Of a stretch of 64,000 nt of DNA, positions 53,458 to 64,000 are shown piece by piece. The notes under the pieces were generated by a model that did no database searches, was not told the origin of the DNA, and was given only the letters and a program-made list of their open reading frames with translations. The stretch is from the human T2T-CHM13v2.0 reference genome, Homo sapiens: the NCBI RefSeq assembly GCF_009914755.1, contig NC_060929.1; one strand, given 5' to 3'. Position 1 is the stretch's first letter; each line of letters opens with the position of its first letter. The position numbers and the translations under genes were made by a program.

Positions 53458-54663
53458 CTGAGGCACAGGAAAAAAGTTATAACCCCTGAGTCAGCTATTT
53501 GGCATAAAATGCCTGCAGCAGCATTCCTCACCTCTGTGTTGAAAGGATACAAAACTCGTAACAAATAATGGAACATCCCTAATGTTAATATTTACTCATG
53601 ATAAACAGCATGCAACTTCCAAATGAGAGCAGCTAAAAAATACCTACCCTATCATCCATATAAATTGTCCTAGACCATTCAGCTACACTGAACTTCCTTA
53701 TCCATTTTCTAAGACAGCTCCTCCACCATTAGAAAAATAGTTTGTCAGCCAAAAAGAATGATACGAGAGGGCTCAAATATCTACCATAAAGATATTTATT
53801 TACGTACCTAACAAAATGTTTTGGTTTGCTACATATAAGACATCATATCTACATATTACCCAAATCCTCTACCCTTAGCTAAAATATAGTGTGCTTCAAA
53901 ACATATAACTGAAGACTGAACTTCTGACTCAGTAAAGGCCAGTCCCGTACAATGGCCAATGATCACGTAAACTGGGAAAAATCATAAAGAACGCTAATAT
54001 ACAATTTACTAGGTGACACCATTAAATATTAAGTCCTGTCCATATTATATCAATATTCTTTTTCTACCATATCAAATTAGACTGCAAATTCTAAACAAAC
54101 TAAAAGGGAAAGAGAAAAAGCATTCAGCAGAACAACAAAGATAAAAACAAAAAGACTGAACTTACTCGAACATAAATTTGCTACTTCCACAATTGCTACA
54201 TTATAGCCAAAATGCTCCTGCAGTAATTATAGTAATACCTACCTTATTGAAAAGCTACTAACTGGCCAAGCCCTTTACATTAATTACCCATATTTAATTC
54301 TCAAAAAAAGATGAGCAGAAAGAAGTAACCTATCCAAAGTCCCACATCTACTAGGTAGTAGAGCCCATGCCCTTTTCATGGAGCACTATGGACTCCACAG
54401 TTCAAGGGTCAGAAAGCCCATGATTTCTGAGAGAGGAGAAGAAATCAAGCTTTACTCTCAAAGGTCCTAAATTAATTAACATCAAAATGGAGAACAATGA
54501 AAATACAGAAGAGTAAATATTTCAGCCTACATGAATCAGTTGGGCCATCCTGAAAGGGTAATTCCCTAGATCTTGCCACTTAAAAAAGCATTTAATTAAC
54601 AAAGAGCCATGCAATTCTACAGCCCATGATATTTTTTTCTTGTCTTTTTTTTTTTTTTTTTAA

Positions 54664-55238
<575 letters not shown>

Positions 55239-58200
55239 CTAAGATTTGTTGACAGTCCACAGGCAATGACTCTTAAAGATGTTCTGATTGTTCATATTGT
55301 AGGTAAGGCAATTAAAGTGACTGAAATACCGGTCTATGATTAACCTCGCCATAACAATCAGATGAAAATACCTTAAGACTCACAACTTTAAGGAGATCAC
55401 AAAAGTAAAATCCCAAGCAAATAATGAGTTCTCAAGTTTTTCCCATTAAGTGGTATTACTCCTAAGCCTAAGAATAAACTGGAAACCCAATTTTGACAGA
55501 AGTAGCTAGGGAACTATGGCTAGTAGCGAACTGCTAAAACAGTATACTATGCTTTTCAAGGTACGACTATCCAAAATGCAAAACAAGTTATAGCAAAACA
55601 CAACCACAGCAATTTGACTAACAGACTCATTTCTGGACCTCTTGAATCCTCAGGCTTTTCCCCTGTACTAGTGAGTTAATTTTTCTCCCTTCCCTTCAAA
55701 AAAAAAAAATATATATATATATACACACACATATATATTTCTTCAATCCCTAATTGTATATATATATTTCTTCAATCCCTAATTGCTGGCAGGCCTTATG
55801 CTAGTAATACAAAGATTAACAGATGCCAGGTGAGTAGTGTCAGGACTGAGTTCTTCCTGCCCCTCTGCCCCCTTTCTCTTTGAATCTATCATGTAGTCAT
55901 TTCAGAGGGCCAAAATATATTTTATTGTTAGTTACCAAAACTGGTTCAATGTTCTCCAGTTAACTCCTAAAAAAATAAACATTAAAAATTACTCAAGTTC
56001 CTTTTTCACAATAGTAGAACCTCAGTCTTTCTTTTTCTTCTGTGGATCAGAGGCTTTTTACTATACAATGGTTTCCTACATTCAATATGCTTATATTTAC
56101 ACACCTCTCTATCACAAGCCAAAGAGCCAAAGCTTTTTTTTTTATTTTTCCTATTAATGTCCCAGTGTTTATACTTCACAGCTTTCCATTTTGTGAAGCT
56201 CTTCATTGTTAACTCAACCTGAGAGGGAATTTCCTAAAAACGCTTCCCGCTGACATCACAGAACTCTTCCATCTTTTAGTTTCATTAAAACACTAAGAAC
56301 CAGGTAAGAGATACCCTACTGGATTGTCAGGTCTTCCTGGTCTGTCTCTCATTTGCCTACAAAGACAAACTTCCTCTTAAGCAATTGCGATCAGCAGAAA
56401 CTAACCAAGGGTAACGAGCACATTCTTAACCAACACGTTTCTTCCCCCATTGTCATCTAATTCAATGAACAATACAACTCAGAAGAAAATCTTGTATGAA
56501 TTCTCACTGCTTATTCTGTTAAGGTTAAAACCATCAGCTTTGATGATGGTAAGAATAAGAATTCAAAAACCACAATTTGGTCAGTCTAAACTAAACCGAT
56601 CAAACATAAATCCCAATGCTCAATGTCAATATAAACTAATCACCAGTCTCTTTCTGTCAGGATACCAGGCATAAAAATAGGACTGGGTGGGTTCTCTCTG
56701 TAGTTACAGCATAGATCTAATTACGCCAAATTGGTAGTCATTGAAATAGTACCTCCCAGATTTTCCAAGACAGTATTGACTCTGCATGATTTCATTGTTT
56801 TTCCCAAAGATGGCTCATTAAATGTATGGCTAAAAGCAACTAAATGTTAGTCTTCTGTAAAGCCTCACAAATAAATACATGCGCAACTCAGGAGAAAGAC
56901 CTTTTCCACACCATCGGTCTTGACTTCGCTTTAGGGTCCCTGTACTTGTGGGGAAAGTTAGTATGGTCAGCATTTGAAGAAAAGCAAGCCTCTGCAAAGT
57001 CCTTTCACACACATCTCTCATATAATCCTCCCAACAACTCAGACCAATACCTAAGTTTTCTTATTTATTTTTACATATAATCAAATCATACTGCAGAAAG
57101 GTTACCTTTCTTTATGTCACACAGCTAGCAAGCGACAGAGCTTGGATACAAACTCAGGTGTTTCACTTCAAAGCCCATGCCCTTTCTGCTAAACCATGCT
57201 TTTCTAAGGTCATGGAGCCCTTGGAGCTTATCAACTATTTGGCAAACCTGCACCAACTGATGCAAAAAGTATTCAGTTTCCTCAGTTCTTTGCTAACAAC
57301 CAGTCTCTGAGTTCTATGTAAATCAATCTGTATGTGTGGAAAGTCTGTAAATAATGGTTAATATGTCTATGGATGTCCTATAAACAACACACCACCCACC
57401 TCTTCCCCCTCCCCATCTTTCTTCTCTATTCATCTCTACCTTTGTCTTAAGATATTCAAAAGGAAATCTTAAAAGGTTTCACTGCATGAAAGAAAGAAAA
57501 TCTAACATTAATTTAAATCCATATTGAGCACCCATGTGCTGAGGAGTAACAGGGCAATCAAACACAGCCTCTAGAAGAAGAGTTTAGGCACAACCACAAG
57601 TTTTTATAATATAATAGGATGATATGATAAGTCCCATAAAAATTTGGAACTGATTATTGTGAGAATTAGTAATGTGGGTGAAAATGTTTAGAAAAGAGGA
57701 TAGTTAAGACACAGGCAAAAGGCAATAATGTCTGAAAATGATCACCAGGAAAATTCAACCCAACATTTCCTGAAAGCCTACCACAAAGAAGACACCGTGT
57801 GTATGAAGGAACTGTGTGTCACTGGAAGATAATTAAGGTCCCAGCCCTTCCCATGAGGAGTTTATCATTCAACAGAGGACACAAACAGGTAACTATATTA
57901 CAAGCCTGAAATATGTTAAGTGCTACAGGATAAATACAAAGTGCCAGAATTCATTCATTTCATTTGAGTGTCATATAGGCAGTGCTATACAGACACAAAA
58001 ACCAGACAGTCTCTGCTACCATAATATAAACTGACATCAAAAGAGGTGGCACCTATTGTGTTTTATGGGTGGATAGGACTTCATTAGCATAAATGAAAGA
58101 GAAGATTGCTGAGATATAACCTAAGCCAATTTGGCCAGAGAACCACCTATTAGATCCTTTTGATAAATATCAGTAGCCTTCAATAAATGGGCTTAGGTCC

Positions 58201-58721
58201 ATTCCTATCAGTGCTGACAAAGGAAACGTGTGAGCAGAATCTGGAGGACCATGGTCCTCCATGTGCTAGAATATACAGTAAGCAAGGAAAGTAGGCAGAA
58301 AAGCCATAAGGGAGAATGGAATACAAAGGAAGACTGGAATTGGAATCACTAGGACTTAAAATGCTTTGTTTTCTATGAAGAACAAATATCACAAGGTAGA
58401 ACCCAGGATCCCACAGATCTTACAGGGCAGATAATTTTGTTTCTAGAATTCACAGGCTCAAACAACACTAGTAAGAGGCATATATGTGCTGTTGTGAATC
58501 TATGTAATGGCTGAGTGATTCTCCTGGGCTAGCTCCCTATTTGCAGGAGACAGACTATAGCAGTCAAGAGCCCAGAATGCCAAGACTTGTGTGCAGGAAC
58601 ATGTTTATCCATGTCAAATCTGAAAGGATATCTAACCTACTGCAAAATCAGGGGCAAAAATTGATATATTTGAGCCAATGCCTCTTTAGGCAGGTCAGTG
58701 AGGTCCATATATTTTATATAA

Positions 58722-58722
<1 letters not shown>

Positions 58723-58754
<32 letters not shown>
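58723..58754. repeat. (TG)n microsatellite
   Basis: Read directly. Confidence 0.95.
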
Positions 58755-58755
<1 letters not shown>

Positions 58756-61174
58756 TTTATTCATTTGGACCCTATTGAAACCTGTGTCCACTGAGTCTGC
58801 ATTCAGTAAGTTAGCACCCCTAGTGGTGTGCTACATGAGGAGAAAGGTGGTGACAAAGTAATATCCAATTTCTTGATGAAGTCACTAAACAACCCCACTC
58901 ACCCCGAGAAAGTCAATGACAGGAAGAAAAAAAAAAGATCCAAAAAGAAAAAAAGACAACATTTCCAGTAACTTCATTTATTCGTTTCTTTCTTTTTTCT
59001 TTTCTTTTTTTTTTTTTTTTTTTTTGAGAGTGTCTTGCTCTGTTACCCAGGCTGGAGTGCAGTGGCACAATCACAGGTCACTGCAACCTCAAACTCCTGG
59101 GCTCAAGCAATCCTCCCCACCTCAGGCTCCTGAGTAGCAGGGACTATAGGAGTGAACCACTATGCCTGGCTAATTTTTTTATTTTTTGTAGAGACAGGGT
59201 TTTGTTATGTTGCCTAGGCTGGTCTCTAACTCCTGGGCTCAAGCAATCCTCCCACCTCCTAAAGTGCTGGGATTACAGGCTAGAGCCACCGCACCTGCCC
59301 ACACCTTCTTAATAAGGATCAGTGTATTTTAACCTACATTACTTCATTGAACAAGTAATACAGCCACTTAAGAGATAAGACAGAAGGGAAATGACTCACT
59401 TAAGGTCACTTAGCAAAAAGGGAAGTCATTTAACAATTAATTATAAACCATCCATTAATTGTGTAAAGGGAAGAGGGGATTCACTCACACCCGTGGAGGA
59501 GGCAGGATCGCCTTTCCTAAAGTGATAGCATCAATTTCTGCTGGCTTCTTACAGGGTAATCTAATCATCTTTCTCTTCCAATCAGAAGCTCTTGTGAGTG
59601 CTTTCTAGTGATGAGTGCCTGAAAATCAAGTCATATTCCTAACTCAAAGGTTAATAAATACCACGTGATACATATTGTACAGTTCTCATTCTTCCCAATG
59701 AAGTCCATTGAACATAGCCGGATAAACTTTACATATTTCCAAAATGAATTACTAGTTTTCTGCCTCATTCATAAGGCGAATTTTACCAAACTCAGAAGTT
59801 TGGAAAAATAGGCCCACTAACAGGTATAGCCCTGGGCCAATATAAGGCCCTAAAAGTCATCTGGCGGTTAAATTATTTACCATTAGTAACTGTAAATTCA
59901 GGGTCTAAATTAAGAGCTTATAGACTTTACTAATATTCAAAGCTGAATCCTATAGAGTGGGTCAGGAGGAGAAGCAACCTGGGTGGACCCAGGCCTCAGG
60001 CAGCGGTAGGAGTCAAAGTGGGGGTTATATTTTAGAAATTTAACTATTCTGCTATCACCAGCTTTATTTCCTAATATACTTATCAAAAATGCAAGGAAAA
60101 ACAGAAGAATCAATATTAAGGAAAGTACAGGGATGAAGATTAGAAAATGGAGATAACCAAGAAGTCTGTTTCCTCTTTTTAATACAGCACACTTTGGAAC
60201 AGCAAATGAAAGTTATCTTGTTAAGCATTAAGTGCCAAACTGGTACAAGCAGCACAATCACAAATATTTGAGTACTGAAGCTGACTCATAAAAATCTAAA
60301 AATATTTCATGCTTTAGGCTTTCAAAACACCATCAGTTTAACCCCTTTTCCTCCATCAATCGTATTATCTTGAAACCAATGTAAAAAATATTTTTAACCC
60401 AGTTCTGGAAACTGTAATTGAAATGCAGTGAAAACAGAAAGCCACATGCAATTAGATTCTAAGGCATTATTTCCTACATTTGATCCTGGATTTACTCAAT
60501 CAGTTGTTAAGCACCTGTGCTACTTTACTAAAATAAATACACATATTTAATTTATGATAAGGGTTGTCTAAGAGTCTTAACTGATATCCCTTTCAGGAAA
60601 TATCAAAATCCTTAAATAAAAGGCCATTTTAAAATTAATCGTAATATAACTAAACTCTGTTAAATTTTCAAAGAATTCCAGTTTAAATCCCAGTTTATAA
60701 TGTCCTTAACAGGCTGAAATCTCTTTTCTGATCAAAACCAAGTGCTATCATGTAAAATCAAAACTTTTTAAGTTATAAGCATAGGAAGCCAGTGAATTTA
60801 GGCCAAAGGTTTTTATTTTTTTATTTTGTAACCATACACTGACTTGGGTTACAACGTATTTCTTATAATTCTTTTGAAAATAAATACATTTTCGTTATTT
60901 TTTAAAGGAATAGAAATGGAAGGAGCTGGGAACAGCCAATTTCAAAGAGGCACCAAGTTACAATTTTTCGATATGAAGTACTTCTGTTGTAAGTACATGC
61001 ACTGTGTGTACATTCTTAAGAATATGTAATATACTTAGTCGATTTAAGATAGTTACCAAAATAACCCACTACAAAAGTTACAGAATACCAAACACTTGAC
61101 TACAAGTATGATAAATTATGCTGAAAAGGAAAAATCACTCAGTATGTGACATCCCTTTGAAAACAACCCCACGT

Positions 61175-61175
<1 letters not shown>

Positions 61176-61206
<31 letters not shown>
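61176..61206. repeat. (CA)n microsatellite
   Basis: Read directly. Confidence 0.95.
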
Positions 61207-61209
<3 letters not shown>

Positions 61210-62771
61210 TGCAAAAATCAAAAACTATCAGTTTCTTTTTTTCCCTCCTAGTTTTCAAGAATGCTAGAGAAGTCCAGTTCTGTGAATTATGCAAAGGACA
61301 GCAAACATTAAGCTGCCTCCATATTTATGCTACTGTACTTCCATTTTTAAAACAAGCATCTCAACTCCCCAGACACCATCATCCACAGAAACCATGCAGC
61401 TATCCAACAGACTTTCAGTGTCACCATTTATTATTTATAGCGTTAAATGGGGGAAGTGGCTCTGATGTCACCAACCCTACCCAGTGGAATCACTGACTCA
61501 ATAAACATTTTCACACTGAAGAAAATCTGGCTAGGAAAACATTTTGCTGGGTTAAGTAGATTCTTCCACCTCTCCTCTCAACCCTGGGGAAGAAGTTGTT
61601 ACCGTGTTAGGAAAGATACAAAGAAACTGTCAAGGCTTCCATAGGAAGAAATCCTGGACATGTCCATTTGCTGATGCAGACTTCCTCTTCCCAGCTCTCC
61701 AGAGCCCAATTTGATTTCCCTCATGTTCACGTTGGCAGGTAATATCTGCCATATTTTATTTCTTCCACCAAATCATCCATCAATTAGCAAATTCTTCACT
61801 TCTAGCCACTCTCTCACTGTCCTGTTCCTAAAAACCCCTTCTGGTTTCAAATCCTAAAGCTTCGGAGGAGGGTGGAGGGTGTCCACGGACCGGGAGTCTG
61901 GCCTGGCTGCCAGTGGTTTCTAACAGAAGAGTGGTCGCTTCCCCCGGGGGCCAAGGATTCCCCTCTTTTTTTTTTCTTTCTGAGAAGAAAGACCTCGCGG
62001 CAGTGATGAGGATGGCTCCCTCCCCAGTCATCTCCAATTTCCCAAAGCAGCTCTGGAAAACGTGAAGTTGCGCCTTCTCTTTCCTGGAGGATGGAATCCA
62101 GAGTACCTGGGCCCTTGCTATGCAAACATCCCTCTCCGCCGGGTAGGAAACCCTTTGTCCGAGAAGCCGGACACCACAAGGGCCCGGGAAAGAGGCCTCC
62201 TTATCCGCCACAGCCTCAAACCCGAAAGCTCCCTGCCCCCCCAGCTCTGTAGGGCCTATCCTGGCATCCACACAGACCTAGGCTGGGGAGTGGGTGCTGA
62301 GACCTCTCCTAGGACGCGGAGGCCCAGGCGGCCCCAACCCATCTCCGTACTCCTTCCCACCATCTCACTCGGCCTGAGTGGGGCTTGCAAGCGCGGTGCG
62401 GGCCTGGGCCGAAACAGAGGAAAGAAAAAAAAATCCCTTTCTAAAAGAAGGAGAATGGGGTGCTAGAGCGAGTGCGACCTAAGTCTACAGCATAAACGAG
62501 CGAGGGTCGTCCGAGAGCTGGGACCGGAGACGGGACCAGGGGGAGGGGGAGAAGCGAGGGGCATGGAGGGGGCCGGGCCAGGACCGGCCGGAGATGTCGA
62601 GGGATCAGAGGAGCCCGCGCCAGGTCCGAGGCCAGGGAAGGCTGGGGGCCCGGGTCTGGGTCGAGGCGTCTGGGAAGGGCCAGAGCCGGCCTCGCACCGG
62701 ACGTTGAGGTGGGCAGGCCCGCCCGGGGCCGGACGGACGGAAGCACAGACGGTCCAGCGGGCCGCACTCAC

Positions 62772-62816
62772 CATGAGCTCGATGGTCTTGTCCTCAATCA
62801 CCGAGTCGGGCTCCAT
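62772..62816 (-). CDS. FBXW11: FBXW11 coding exon 1 (MEPDSVIEDKTIELM, 45 nt)
   Basis: Optimal Kozak GCCGCC-ATG-G at 62816; 15 codons followed by donor ATG|GTGAGT (GT at 62771-62770); lies inside a CpG island. Confidence 0.96.
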
Positions 62817-62950
62817 GGCGGCCCCGGCGGCCCCGCCTCGCTCTCCCCGCGCAGCAGCGAACGGCCCGGGCGGAGGAGGCGACGGCGGAGGCGGCAGAGG
62901 CGGAGGCGGCTATCGCACCCACTCTAGCTGCCAGCCCGCCCGGGCCGCCG
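62817..62950 (-). other. FBXW11: GC-rich 5' UTR with imperfect (CCG/CCT)n repeat at ~62868-62910
   Basis: No ATG on the minus strand between 62817 and ~62990; + strand reads cggaggaggcgacggcggaggcggcagaggcggaggcggc. The 5' boundary cannot be determined from sequence. Confidence 0.75.
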
Positions 62951-62995
62951 GCAGCTCCGCCCTCCCCCTCGGCGAACGCAGTACGCAGATCGGGG

Positions 62996-63014
62996 ACTAC
63001 ACCTCCCAGCAGGC
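62996..63014 (+). promoter_or_regulatory. ZNF143/THAP11 (GFY-Staf) motif, proximal
   Basis: ACTACACCTCCCAGCAGGC against consensus ACTACAnnTCCCAGnATGC. Confidence 0.75.
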
Positions 63015-63182
63015 GCCGCGGCCCGCAGAGCGTTGTGGGACCGAGCCTCTGACACCAGGTTGCTGGCTCTTGGCAGCCCGAAGCTGAACTCCGAGCTGAG
63101 AGTAGCACTGGACGGTGGGCGTAGGACGTGCAGACCTGAAGAGTTAAGAGCTTGCTCATGGCAGGGCCTCGAGAGCGCCACG

Positions 63183-63201
63183 ACTACGTGTCCCAGAAAG
63201 C
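63183..63201 (+). promoter_or_regulatory. ZNF143/THAP11 (GFY-Staf) motif, distal
   Basis: ACTACGTGTCCCAGAAAGC against consensus ACTACAnnTCCCAGnATGC. Confidence 0.6.
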
Positions 63202-63669
63202 CGTGCGCCCGGGTTGTCCTTCCGGCTAGCTTCTCTTGACTTCCTGGCAGCCCAAGGCTGCCCAGACCGGGACGGAAACTCCGAGGCAACTCCTCACTTG
63301 TCGGAGGTCCTGCGTATGCGACCCATTTCCGCACATGCGCGGTCCATGCCGCAGTGCTCCCTAGACGCCTAGGTAGCTGCGCGGCCCGTCCGGCAGTGTC
63401 TGATGGTAGGGGCAGATGGTGGAGACAGGTGGGTTCTAGGTGCGTTAGGAAGGTGTATAGACCTGGGGCTCAGGTGTGGGAAGGGGCCAGCGAGTGAGAG
63501 AAGCTCGGCCTGGGGAAGAGGCTCTGAGAGGATGGGCATCCCAGGAGTGAGAGTTTCGAGATTTCTTCGGGAAAGACGGGGTTTTGGGAAATGTGCTGTG
63601 GTGCTGTCTGTATGTCACACGATCTGCGAGGAGCTGCGAGATTAAAGGGGACGTGCGTATATCGAGCCC

Positions 63670-64000
63670 CTCATTCATTCGTTCAGAAAATGGTTATTTT
63701 TTAAGCATCCAGCTTCCGCTGCGTACCGTTCTAGGCGCTGAGAATCAGCTCTGAACATGACAGACAAGGCTCCTGTTCTCATGGAGCTTAATTCTGGTGG
63801 AGGGACGACAGACACTAACCAAAAGAGTGGCTAAGAAGGAACACACAAGCGGAGACTCCTTCTAGTGAACTCAGCCTCCAACTCTGTGTAACTTAGGTCT
63901 GTCCGTGCCCTCTAACCAAATCCCACCAGGAAGACACGGATCGTTGAACAAGCTGGGTTTATTACTAGTTGCAGTGACTGAGAACACACATTGAGGAACG
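63670..64000. mobile_element. L2 end fragment (63670-63825) and probable LTR fragment (~63885-64000) upstream of the promoter
   Basis: tcattcattc...cagacaaggctcctgttctcatggagctta (L2); gggtttattact (reverse AATAAA) in LTR-like context; LTR family not assigned. Confidence 0.5.

Larger units (their letters stand above)
62300..63400. promoter_or_regulatory. CpG-island promoter of FBXW11 (no obvious TATA box)
   Basis: Abrupt rise in GC and CpG density against the AT-rich, CpG-poor intron; GC box ctccgccc ~62955; ETS cores (cttccgg ~63220, acttcctg ~63239); NRF1-like gcacatgcgc 63331-63340. Confidence 0.92.

Noticed and set aside
58812-58826. CTCF-like gcacccctagtgg
   Set aside because: Mismatches the conserved GGC end of the core; not supportable without ChIP data.
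62463-62771. Continuation of the 117-aa ORF past MEPDSVIEDKTIELM
   Set aside because: Read-through into intron 1; a canonical GTGAGT donor follows codon 15 and the protein continues in exon 2.
62817-62912. CUG-initiated N-terminal extension of FBXW11
   Set aside because: The in-frame CTG at 62897-62895 has poor context (C at -3 and +4), and an in-frame TAG lies at 62912-62910.
62563-63087. 174-aa Gly/Pro/Ala-rich antisense ORF over exon 1
   Set aside because: Expected from stop-codon scarcity in a CpG island; low complexity with no domain.

Overview
Primate (human-like) genomic DNA containing the 5' end of FBXW11 (beta-TrCP2, an F-box/WD40 SCF substrate receptor) on the minus strand. The window holds a CpG-island promoter at ~62.3-63.4 kb, coding exon 1 (62772-62816, MEPDSVIEDKTIELM), a ~48.7 kb intron 1, the 102-nt cassette exon 2 (13933-14034, [34 protein letters not shown]) and part of intron 2. 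The rest is intronic and repeat-rich: about 50 Alu copies or fragments, several solo LTRs with readable target-site duplications (LTR10C-like, THE1, MST, MER21, MLT2), DNA transposon fossils, L1/L2/MIR remnants and microsatellites. Almost all ORFs in the supplied track are Alu, microsatellite or GC-rich artefacts. I see no new multi-gene system. The best leads are regulatory: (1) a candidate 260-nt poison exon in intron 1 whose 3' splice site can pair (16 of 17 bp) with its own 3' end; (2) a sense-oriented solo LTR10C with four abutting p53-like half-sites; (3) an overlapping upstream ORF whose presence depends on start-site choice; (4) inverted Alus bracketing cassette exon 2. Repeat family names come from recalled consensus motifs, and boundaries without a stated TSD are approximate.
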